A DNA stretch of 64,000 bases, from contig JAYWIR010000016.1 in NCBI GenBank assembly GCA_036172245.1, positions 124,001 to 188,000 on the forward strand. The letters run 5' to 3'. Below the pieces are notes generated by a model. It was not told where the DNA came from, did not search any database, and saw only the letters and a program-made list of their open reading frames with translations. This stretch comes from Raillietiella orientalis. Taxonomy: Eukaryota. A program made the position numbers and the translations under genes. Within the stretch, counting starts at the first letter, position 1; each line of letters starts with the position of its first letter. Below are positions 11,038 to 23,100 of the stretch, one piece after another.

Positions 11038-14000
11038 ATGACTCATCCCAGTTGCCCCGTCCAAGACTCCTCCGAGCTCAGAGCTCACGCGAAGGGACTA
11101 TTGAGCGACCCGGACCTGCTCTGCAGACCCAGCTGGACGGACGCCTCCCTAGCGCTTCGGCAGATCCACAAAGTGAGTCTCTCCTTCTCCTTCTCTCGGC
11201 CCCATTTGCGTGTGCAAGGCCCCCGCGAAGGGGAGATCGGTCTCGCCGCAGCCGGTCTCCTTGGCAGCGGCTGCCGACGGACCCGGCGGCGTTCCCGTGT
11301 GTCCCCTCACGCTCTCTCCCGTCCCCCGTCCATCCTGGGAAACTCGCGGTGGTGGTGGTGGTGGTCGTCCTTCCTGGCCGGGAGGCTCGGGCTGGCTCGC
11401 AGTTGCTGCCGGCTTGGTGGGAAGAGGAAGGGCAGGTGGAGAAGCAGCCTTCGTTTACCTCCGCCAGCACTCCCAGCGCCGCCGTGCTGGACTCTTTGCA
11501 GGGATGCAGCACATCCCCCTCTCCCTCCCACCTCCTCCTCCTCTCTACTCCTACTGCTGCAGAAGGCGGGAAAATGCTCAGGAAGTGTAGGTATCTCAGC
11601 GCCAGTGTGGCCATCCAGACGTGCAGCCTTCTCCCGTCGTTTGCTGAACAGGGGCGAAACTACCCCTTTCCTCGTCTCCCCCCCTCCCCCTTTCCACTTC
11701 GTCACCCACTTCCGTAGCACCTCGATGGGTGCGAGGCTGGAATCGCGCGTCGGGCGCCAGGTTCCCGGACTAGTTTCATCCCACCGGGACGAGGGAGGCG
11801 AGCCCAGTGCTCCGGATATGGGCGGGGAAGCGTATAAGGCTGGGATAAGTCCAGCAGAGCCGCAGCAAGGGGCGAAGACTGACCCGACACCAACCAATGC
11901 CCCCTCGGAGTGTGTAAGAGAAGCGCATAGGTCTGCCAGAGCGTAGGGCCGGGAGGTATTGTCTTCCAGCGTGTGGCATCCTCTCATTTCCATGCATCCC
12001 GTGCTTCACGCAACTGTCCAAGAGGATGGCAACCCCTTCGCCTCGTCTTCCCGAACCTTCTGATGCTCTCGTCGTTTCAGGGAAGAGCCACCGGCAGCAA
12101 GCGGTCGCTGCGGTTGAGATGCAAGCTCCAAGCCTCCTTCTTCTCCCTGGGATGCCTCATCCAGCGAAGGGCCGACACAGTCCTAGTCCTGGGAGCCCTT
12201 CTCATAGGCATGTCTTGCGTAGGACTGAAGTCCATCACCGTGGAGACGGATGTGGAAGTTCTCTGGGTGGAAGGTGAGCGAGAATCCTCCTCCGCAGTGG
12301 GAGAGGGAAAGGGAGTTTACGGATCGTGTGTGTGTGTGTGTGGGGGGGGGGGGAAGACTTCGTTCCTTTTATGTCTACGTCAGCAATCCTTTCCGCTCCC
12401 TCCTCCCCCTCCCCCTCCTCCTCAAGTGAGTTGTTGCGCGCTCTTGAGCTTCCCGCCGAGTCGCGCCCACCCTCGTGGAAGCTGCGCCGCCGTTGCAGCG
12501 GAAGGCGGCGGCTTCGGGCTGAACCGGTAGGACGGCTGTCGGAGGAATGGAGGAGACGCCGGTCCACCGGGGAGGAGGGGGACCGCTGCATGCTGTTCCT
12601 ACCCCATTTTTTCCCGCATCATTCCACGCTCTCTTTTTTTGGGGGGGAGGGCGCTTGTGTTTCGGACCTCCTGGAAGTCGCCTCCGCCTTCCTCCCTTCC
12701 CAAATGGAGCGAAAGGCCGAGTTCCTGATGAGACTTCTCGCGTCACGCAGTTTTTCGCCTCGTGCGCGCGAGGCCGCGAGCGTTTGCGTGGCCCGGTTGC
12801 CAGAGCTGTCCCTCCGTACCACGCGCCTGCCATCGCGCGCGCGAGGCGCTTGGTAACCATGGGGCACGCCGTATCTGCCCAACAGCGGTGTAACAATGGC
12901 CGCCGCCTCGCGTGTTGTTTTCCACCGTTGCGAGGCGAGAGAAAGAGCGCTGTGAGGGGGGGGGGAGAAGAGGAGGGAAGAAATCGGAACCAAAAAGAAA
13001 AAAAAAAAAAAACGCACACACACACACGAAAAAAAAAGAAAAAAACGCATTGGGGAGAGGCTTTCGCCACCCGTCCACGCCACCGACGGTAGCAACGCAG
13101 CCATCGGCGGTTGTGTGCACAGACGTGCACAGTGCGACGCTCGCCTATTTGTGTCGAAACCTCGCCGCCGCCGCCGCCTCTGCCGCCTTTTCCCTCCAAC
13201 CTCCCCTCCCCCCCTTTCTCCCTCATCCCCTCTTGACCGAAAACGTCTCAATTCATCGGACGGGACCACACGCGTGGAACGTCGTCGTCTCTCCGTCGCC
13301 GCCGCGAGGCGTGCGCAGCCGGTGAGTCCTGGGAGGTATATGGCTGAAGGAAAAGGAGAGAGAGAGGGAGGGAGAGAAGAGGGAGAGAGCACGAAGGAGG
13401 GGGAAGGAAGGAAGATGAGGAGATGAAACTGGGGGAAGACGAACGCGTCTGGCCTCCGCTTTCGTTGGACGAATGCCGCGATGCTGGCGACGAGGAGCGA
13501 ACTGCCACAGAGGAGGAGGTGAACAGATCGTCCGTGATAGGGGATGGGGATGAGAAGGAGAATAGGAGGAACGTGGGGTCCACTCGTCCTCTCTCGTAAC
13601 TTTGCATCCCCTCGAGGGATGGACGCGCGTGACGCACGTCGAGCATCTCTCACCCGGCAGGAGAGGAAGTACATTTCTGCATGGTAGGTGAGAGATACTT
13701 CCTGGAGGCAGAGCCTGTGTGCTCGTTCTTCAGCCGGCGGTCATGCGAAAACCTCCCCGAACCCGTTGAGCGTCCACCAAGGGATTCGTTCCTTCGGCCG
13801 CCCCGGACCAAGCCCAGCGGCGGCCTACGAGGTGGCCGGCAACCAACATCAGCGTCGTTTCCTTTCCGATGCTCTGCCTCTCCGACCCGTGGCAGCGGGG
13901 TGTCGGCGTTCACCATCTTTGCGCCGTGCCCATGCACGTGCGAGAGAGATCCACGTCGTCTCGTCATTCATCTTTGCCAGCACGCGAGACGAAGCGTGCG

Positions 14001-17000
14001 TGCCTCATGGCGGTGTATGCGGGGGTGCGCGCTTTCTTGCAGAGTCGAAGGCGCTGCGCGTTCCGTGGCACGAGCGGCACCGCCGGGCGGTGGCTGCTCC
14101 CCTTTTGCTTCGCTTTCGTGCGGTCCCTTCTTTTTTTTTTTTGCCTGCCTAGTTGCCTTCCTTTCCAGGAGGAGGTCGTCTGGAAAAAGAACTGACCTAC
14201 ACCCGCAACACCCTCGGGAAAGGTTCCGGCACCATCCACCAGATCGTCATCCAGAGCGCCAGGGAGCAGGGAGTGTCCGTCTTGTACCCTGATAGCCTGT
14301 TGCACCACATGGACGCCGTCCTGGCCGCCTCCCGTGTAACCATCGAGATGTTTGATGTGTAAGGCATGGGCGGGAGAGATGCCCTGGTGTAAAGGAGTCT
14401 TTTTGCGTTTTCTTTCCCCCTGTGTAGGCAGTGGCGTCTGAAGGATCTTTGCCTGGTGCCCACTTACCCCTTTTCTTACGAGTACCAGATCGAGCAGGTA
14501 TGCACGCCGTAAAAGGCTGTGCCGCATCCGTTCCAACCCGAGTTTGTCTTTCCAGATCTTCGAAAAGCTGTTTCCCTGCGTTTTGATCACGCCCCTCGAC
14601 TGCTTCTGGGAAGGGTCGAAGCTCCTAGGACCGGAACATGCCGTTTATTTGCCGTAAGCGTTGTCTTGGCTGCAGAGGTCGCCTTGGGTTGGCCGTCCGA
14701 GTTTTCCCGTGACGTTCGCTTGGGAGGGCTTATCGCCACGTGGGATGTTGCCCCATAAGAGGAGGAGGAGGAGGGATGGGAGAGGGGGCAATTTCTATTC
14801 GATGTGTTTCGGCGGCGGCGTACACCCATCTTCCGAGAGCGCACTGCTTCATGGGTCCATCGTTACTCTGCTACCTGCTCTCTCGCTTTGTCTATAAGAT
14901 CAGGGGAAACACCCAGTGCGCGTGGAATTTCCTTCTCAGAGCCATAAAGAGTTGGTGGTCCTTTTTTTTTTTTTTTTTTTTTTTTTTTCCTTCTTTCAAT
15001 TCGCAACTCCCGTGCAGGCCCTAAGAAGGCCCTCCTTTCCCCTTGAGCCTTCTACCCGTCGTCATTCACCCGCGGTCGCGTAGCTTCACGGATGTGAACG
15101 CGACTCACAAACAAGGGATCCTTCTTTTTTCTTTGTCCTGTTTGTCCAGCGTCTCCCGGTTGCCTTCGAGGCTTTGTCCATTTTGCGCTCTTGCTGCTGC
15201 TGCTACGGGAGCTCTTTTTTTGTACAGGTATCTTTTTTCCGTTCCAGACTGCTGAATAGTACGCGACCGCCGCCCATTCGATGGACTAATTTGAACCCCC
15301 AGAAACTGGTCCAATCTTTGAGGGACTCCTATCCGCTTTTTTCTTTCCAGCCAATCGAAGATTTTTTTAAAGGGGTAAGAGGGTGGAGGGCGTTGTTCCC
15401 GCAGCACGAACCGTGCCCTTGCAGGCGGGGATCACATCCGCCTACCAGGAGAAGCCATGCTTGGATCCGAACGACCCCCAGTGCCCGGATAGCTCACCCA
15501 ACAAAAAGTCGCGTCAGGTGAGTTCACCCTCGACCCCCTTCCCCCCCCTCGTGGTGGTGGTGGTGGTGGTGGCGGCAGCGCTTACCTTTGGAACCCTTTT
15601 CCAGCCTCCGGATGTGGGGGCGGAGCTTACCGGTGGTTGCTATGGTTATGCAGTCAAGCATATGCACTGGCCGGAAGATCTGATAGTTGGCGGCAAGAAG
15701 AAGAACAAGACTGGCTACATCCAGAGGTACCTGTCTCCTGTGGCAGCGTTCCCCAGTTTCCGGAGGGTGACCTTGTGCTCGCCGTAGGGCTGAGGCATTC
15801 CAAACTATTGTCGAGCTGATGGGGGAGAAGCAGCTCTACGAGCACTGGGCACAGGACTTCAAGGTGCACAGCGTGGACTGGTCCCTGGAAAAGGCCGCCC
15901 TGATCCTGGATACCTGGCAGGAAGAATTTCTAAAGGTGCGTTTCTTGGGAAGGGGCGAATGCTCGACGACGACCCCTACCCTTTTTCCCTCCAGGAGCTA
16001 ACCGCTCGCGTCGAAAGCCCCCGCAGCGGTAGCGGCGCGAAGACATACCGCTTCTCGTCTTTTGCAACCCAGAAGCTGAACAGCATCCTGGAGCGCTTCT
16101 CCGAAATGAGCTACGTGAAGCTGGTTGTCGCGTTCCTGCTGGTGGTGGGTGTGCCTCCCTGCGATTTTCTTACCCTCCTCCTACTCGTCTTCCCTCTTCT
16201 CCCTGCGAACTCGCCTCCTACCCGACGTCTTCTCTCCACAGATGGCGTATGCTGCAGTTGTGCTCTTCCGGTGGGACAGGCCAGCCCTATCCCGCAGCGG
16301 CTTGGGCGTCGCGGGGGTCGTCCTGGTGGCTGCGTCCGTCGCGGCTGCCCTCGGTGTCTGCCAGCTACTGGTTCGGACAGGCCTGATGATGGATTTCAAC
16401 GCTTCGACCATGCAGGTGAGTTCGAAGGAAGTGAAACCCCCTCCCCACGGCGAGGGAGGGCGGTGGCTTCTTCGGTGGCAGCGATGGCGCTTTTATCACG
16501 CGCCATTTCCAGATCATCCCCTTCCTGTCCCTCGGTCTGGGAGCCGGCAACCTGTTCTTTCTAGTCCATAACTACGCACACGTAGCCTGCGGCAACTTCT
16601 CTTACCAGGTGAGCTGCTCTCTGCGTATCCGTCCCCATCCCCCATCTCCCTCGCCTCGCGAACGGTCCTTACCCTCCTTTTCGTCTCATGCAGATCGGCG
16701 AGCTGCTGAAGAGAACTGGCGTCGTCATCTTGCTGATCTCATCATGCAACATCTTTTCCTTTCTCGTGGCTGCCATCATACCCATACCGGCCCTGAGGGC
16801 ATTTTCCCTCCAGGTACTCGAAGGGTGACTGTGAAAATCGGCAAAGCAGCTTTCCCCCACCCACCCCTGATGTTTCCTTTCCTCCACCCAGATGGCTGTT
16901 GTGGTTACTTACAACCTCTTCACCGTGCTGGTGATTTTTCCGGCGGTGCTCTGCCTGGACCTGCGACGGAGATCGGCTTCCCGGTTCGACCTTCTGTGCT

Positions 17001-20000
17001 GCTTCAAGGCCCCTGACGGTCCCGTTCCCAAACCGAGGAGTGCTACCGACGAAGAAGCGCGCAAGAAATACCTCGTCCCATCCGCGGCCGTGGACGATCA
17101 AACGGCCATGTCATTGCTGGACGCCACAGAGGTATGAGGCAGTCGGTCTGGGGGAGGAGGGGAGGGGGAGTTGCGCTGGCGTGCTTTCGTCTCCGTTGCA
17201 CGGGAACGGGAGCTATCCTTTTCCCGTGCCGCCACAACTCGGAAACGTGCCAAGAGTGCTCGTCGCTGTCGTCGTTCGAGGTTCGGCTCGAAGGCGCGCG
17301 TTCCCTTGGCCTGCTGGCAAGGACGACCGTGCTCGGCGAATCGCGTGTGTTTCCCCCCCCCCCCTCTCCTCGTGTTCTGTGAACGGATCGGTCACGCGCG
17401 CGCGACCTGTGTCCTGCTTTCGCGTGTCGAGGGTGCACACGAGCAGGTTCCGTGCAAGAGCACCGTTACGTCAACTCTTTGCCGGAACGGTCTTCTTGCA
17501 CGGGCGCGCTGTTGCGTGTGGGTGCGGACCGGCTGTAAATTCGCACAGCCCCCGCGAGCCGCCGCCTTTCCAGAAAACGAAGGACGCGCACAGCGATCCT
17601 TTTGCTGCCTGCACAAAAATAAAAAAGGTGAAAACGAAGAACTGAAGTTCCTGGAAACTCGTGCTTGCGCGTGCAATCGAGTCCAATTCTAATCTATTTA
17701 ACACCAATTCTCGTAGCAGCATACTACCGTTCAGAAAGAGGTCGTTCACGTGCTTACGTGTGCAGAGTGTTTGGTAGTGGGTGCACCGCGCTACTGGGAG
17801 GTTCTCTGAACACTCCCTTAATCCCCCCCCCCCCCCAAAAAAAAAAAGAAAAAAAAATTGGTCAGTAGATGTTTCATCCAAGAGCTTACGATGCCAAAGC
17901 GAGTTCTTTAACAGGACCGTTCATTCGGATGACGTGTGGCCCTGCAAGCGCGCGTCCATTCAGGCACCCCGCCCCCACCCCCCGGCTCCCAATGCACGCT
18001 TTCCTCGACGGTGAGAACGAATTCTCCGGCAGACCGTTGCTGACTCCTTCGATCGCACTTGCCTTCGTGGCGCCCGTGCTCTGTGTGGAAGTGTGCGTCG
18101 GGGGAGGTTACACCACCGCTCCTCCCTGCTCCGCTCGTGGTGGTGCACGGGGAGTGCGCACCGGGGAAAACCGCGCGACCGCGGTCTGGCAGCGTGACCT
18201 TTTTCCGGTTCCCGGAGTGGCGGCGTGCATCCCGAGAGTTTTTCCACGCAGAGTGCCCGTCAGCTCCCGTTTTCGCCGTCTCGAGCTGCTGGGATTTCGC
18301 GGCGGCGGGTCATTCTGCCGTCGTCGCTTCACCCCAGTTTCCGTGGGCAGCGAGATTTCTTGGTCTAACTACTGGGACTAACGGGTTGCACTGACGGCCG
18401 TCCGAAGATCAGAACCCCCCTTTTCCCCTGGACTGAACGTTCTCTTGGAGCGCTCGCGGCGGATTTTCGGGACTGGGGCAAGAGGCCATGCTAGTGGAGT
18501 GTTTTCAGCGGTGGAAGGGGGAAGGGGACCTCTACTTCCTCGGCATGCCCGCGGGCAGCATTGCAACCTCCCAGGACCCGCTTCGGATTATAAATGGAGG
18601 GAGAGGTGTGCAGCTTCAGGAGTGGGGAAGCTCCTGATACCGATGTGGTCCGCTTCGCCCGTGGGCACCTTACGTGTTCTTCAGCGTTGACTCTTGCTCC
18701 TCTTGATATTTAGTGTGCTGGAGAGCAGGGACCTTTTCGCTGTTTCTCAGAAACTTCTAGAATGGAGGGCGGAGCAATCGGCGTGCAGCTCCGTTTTCCT
18801 TTGTTCGCGATCGGGAAGGGAGGGGGGGGGGGGGTTGAACCGGGAATGCGGGTGAAGTCCCCAGGTGTGGCCATCGCGCTGGCCGCGACAGCGGGGGATA
18901 GGGGGCGAAGCACGAGGGAGACTAGGAAGTGGAAACCGCTGATCTTGCCTCTTATGCAGCTGGAGGGAGGAGGTCTCTGGTGCCACCGGGCGTGCTTCTG
19001 CGCCCCGACTACCAGTTGCCCTCGTCGCGGAAGCCTAGCTGTCGTTTAGGCCCCTCTTTTGGAGCGCCTCCTTGCGGGGTGCTTCACGCCGACGTGGGGT
19101 TCCGCCTTGCCACCCATGCCACCTGACTCCCGTCGCTGCTGCTGCTGCTGCTGCTCGTCGGGCACATGCCTGTGTATATCGCTGCCGCCATTTCAGCCTT
19201 GCGTTAGTTTTGGGGTAGCCCAAGTGGCGCTGGGAGTGGGAGAGCGTGAGGACGCAGGGAATGGACAGAAGAGGATGTCGAACTCTCCCCGAGTGCCCCT
19301 CGTCCGTCTCCGCTTCGTTGCCAAGAATTCAAATAGCCTCCCGCGGTTTCCCTACCTTGTTCCCTGCGGTTTGCCTCTTTTTGGCCGTTCACGCTGGCCT
19401 CGTGACCCGGCGTCCCCTGTCACCGCGTTTCGGAAGCGTCCCTTCGGGGTTCTCTTCACAGGAGTGAACGGGAGTGGTTCCCTTGCGGGTTCCCTCCGGA
19501 GTAGAAATCCCTACTAGCGGATCCTTTCCGCATTCCCTTCGGAGGAGTTGAAATGGAGAGGACCACCTCCCATTAGGGTGGTGTCCCTACAGAGAGAATG
19601 AGGAAGGAGATTTCCTTAGGGGTTCCCCTTCGGAGACAACCAGGGTGGGAGGTGATCTTCATTTCCTGGGATTCCTCCCCAGGCGTGAGAGAAACGGATT
19701 CGGAGCCCTTCCTGGATTCATAGGGCGGACCCCCATCCCGGGGTGCCCCCTATTCTGAAGAATTACGCTGAAGATTACACGTCCCCCTGTGGGGTTGTCG
19801 CAGGGGAGAGGCTGGAAACTAAACAGTGTGTTTAAAGAGCCACTTGCGCCGCGAGGCACGCGACCAGCTCTGAGGTACTTAGAGAACCAAGAAAAAGAAA
19901 ACTCTCAAAAAAAAAAGCTGGAAAGAAAACAGCGAAGACAGAAGAAAAAGAAGACCCCAAGGATTTCCATCGTCCCGGCGACTCCCGAGTATGCGCATAT

Positions 20001-20152
20001 GGGTCGCCGACGAGACATGTCTGGCCCTCCAGAAACCGGATCGTCCTCTTAAAGATGATCCTTGCGACTCCGATGGTTAACATGACGACTCCCGGGAACG
20101 GCTCCTGCCCTATTTCCGACGTCGAGTTGTCCTAACTGAAACCAAGGCAGCG

Positions 20153-20185
<33 letters not shown>

Positions 20186-23100
20186 AGCCCCGGTGAAAAG
20201 GTGGGCTGGGGGAGTAGGAGGAGGAGAGTTTCCGTTGGTCGGATTTTCGAGATCAAGTAGTTGGGAAGGGAGAGAGCGTGGTTTGTCCACGCAAGTGGTC
20301 AGCGAGGAAAGCTCTTTCCGGAAACCTCATGCTGCCACAGTAGCTCGTCTCTCGTTTATCTCAAACAGGTTGACTGCGCTTCCCCCCCCCCCCCCCCCGT
20401 CCTCCTCGTGCCTCCCTCTGTTCGTCCCAGTGACTCCCGGATCGAGTTTTCAACTCCCTTTTTGCTCGGAGCCGCGCTGCGCTCTTTGGGTGCGCAGCCC
20501 TCCCTTCTCGGCCAAGGTTTCCGCGAGTCGCCATCGTGGAACCGGTGGTTTCCGTGGGTCGGCGCTACACGCCTTCACTGCAATGGGAGGAAGAAAATGC
20601 GATCCACGAGTAGTCGGTCCGCGGATCTCTGTCGTCACGCCACCCTCCTCCACTCGCCCTCTGCGCCTGGTTTTTTTTCCAGGGGTCCAGGAAGACGGGC
20701 AGAGCAGGATGATTCTTCGTGACGGCAGCGTTTCGTGGAGCGCCCGTGGTTTGCGCGGTGCTCCCTCCTTTCCCGTCCTCCCTCCCGCTCCTACTCGAGA
20801 CCAGGATAGCTCGACTTTTTTTTCCTTTTGACTTCTTGCCGACCATCATGAAAAAATAAACAGGAGCAGGCTTTGTTAAGGGAGGGTTGGAGTAGGGGTG
20901 GGGGAATTCCGCTTGGAGCGGCTCAAGGCGGAAGAGGGACGAACCGCTCCCTGGTGGCGAGCAGATGTGCGCGCATAGGTGCTCGCGCTGTTTCCTGCAT
21001 GCGGTAGCCGTGTGCACGACGAGGGGAGGAAGCCGAGCGGGATGCGAGAGAGAGGAGGCCCCAAAGTCGGAAGAAGCGCAGCGTTCCCGTGTATGTGTGT
21101 TTTTCTTTTTGCGACTTTATAGACATCGTGGTAGAGCGGAGAGCGAGGCCAGAGGTCGTACGTCTGCCTCGTTTGGGGCCGACAGCTCAAGGGAAGGAGG
21201 CAGGGGAAGCGAGAGGAATGAGAACCCCCGTAGAGAAGATGTTTTTCTGCTGCTATGTTTCCCCCGCTCTCCCCAAAACCCCAGCCTCCTTCCCAGGAGC
21301 GTTCCTTGGCCGCGGATCTGCCTTTTTATCCTCCTCCTCCAGCCATGCGCTCCTTCCGGACTCCGTTCAAGAGGACGTGCGCGTCTCACCGCTCCTGTTG
21401 TTGCGTCTGGTGCTGCGAACTAGTACGCCGGAGTCACGCACTTCTCGTGGAAGACCTTTCTTTTAAAAGGAGGAGGAGGAGGAAAAGGAAACATTCCGTC
21501 TCGCGACTTCTTTTTTTTTTTTTGGCTCGTTGAGTACCTCAAGAGCCGTCGCGTACCTGGCGGCTCACGCAGCTCTTTGACACTGTTCCACGCTATCCGA
21601 GGGTGCGTGCAATTCTTCAAGATAGGGGAAGAGACCACTCTTTGAACCCAGGAAGAGTTCGGAGTCCGTTCCATTCACGAGGAATCATCGGAGGGGTCCA
21701 CTCCATTTTTTTCTTCTCCAGAGGGAACCACGAATTCTCTTAGGTTGATGCTGTAGCCGCACGCTCCACTCCGTAATCGTTGCGCGCCGCGCATGGCTTC
21801 ACCCCCACTCCCTGCGGACTCCCCACTCGCAGGGTAATAGGGAGTGCCGACGACACTCCTAGCGTGTGGTCCGTTCCCGTGATTTGCTCCTTTCGCGCGG
21901 TGTGTTCCTCTTGATAGCGGTGGCTCATGCTTCTTTCCCTCTACCATCACCTAACCCCTTTACTCCTGCCTCCCCTCCCCTCACCTACAGCTTTCTTCCC
22001 CATTTCATCGCCTATCCTTTTATCAATGGAGGTTCCAGATCTGTGATCGGTAATTCCTTAGGGGAGCGCTTGGTTCCGCATGCCTCTACGGTCGCTGCCG
22101 AAACGTGAGTCGTGGACTTCGCGATAGCGAAGTGTGACATGTTGCACGCGCGCGCCCGAGCGCGCGCGAGAGAGAAAGAGAGGGAAGGGGGAAACCAGAG
22201 CGAGCGCACGGAAGGTGGGCGTCTTCCCCCATCTGCTCGCTCTTCTGATGGTCTTTTTTCCTGTCCCAAGGAATCCGGGAAGAGCGCGCAGCCAGCCTTG
22301 CTCACAGCAGCGTCCATCTCCACCAAGTCTGCGGATCCCTTGAGCAGTCCGGGCTACCACTGTCCCTGGGACCTGGGCTCCCTGGCAAGGGACTACTATG
22401 CGAACTGGCTACTTCTGCGATCCGTGAAGGTCTGTGTACACTGGACGAGCCGATCTAGCAATTCTCCTTTCTCCTCCCCTCTTCCCTTCCTCTCTTCCCC
22501 TGAAAAGATCGTCGTGCTGGTGGCGTTGGCAGTGCTGCTGGCCGGCAGCGTGTGGGGCGCAACCGTCCTCAAGAACGGCCTCAACCTGACCGACGTGGTG
22601 CCCCGCAACACGAGAGAGTACCAGTTCCTGTCGGCGCAGTCCCGGTACTTCGGCTTCTATCACATGTACGCCGTCACCAAGGGGGATTTCGAGTACCCCA
22701 CGAACCAGAAGCTGCTTCACGAGTACCACGACTCCTTCACCCGCGTTCCCAAGATCATCAAGAACGACGACGGCGGACTGCCCCCCTTTTGGCTGAGCCT
22801 GTTCAGAGACTGGCTGATCGGCCTGCAGAAGGCTTTCGACCGCGACCGCACCCAGGGGTTGATCAACGTGGACGGCTGGCTGAAGAACGCTTCCGACGAG
22901 GGCGTGCTGGCTTACAAACTGCTCGTCCAGACGGGCCACGTTGACAATCCAGTGGACAAGTCCCTAGTGAATCACGTGCGATTGGTGGACGCGGAAGGTG
23001 TGATCAATCCGAAAGCGTTCTACAACTACCTTAGCGCCTGGACCACGAACGACGCGCTGGCCTACAGCTTTTCCCAGGCGGACTTCCATCCCGAACCCAA

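Noticed and set aside
17134..17382. Possible extra ptc exon in the cytoplasmic loop
   Set aside because: No convincing acceptor/donor pair or Patched similarity; exons 14 and 15 already join in phase.
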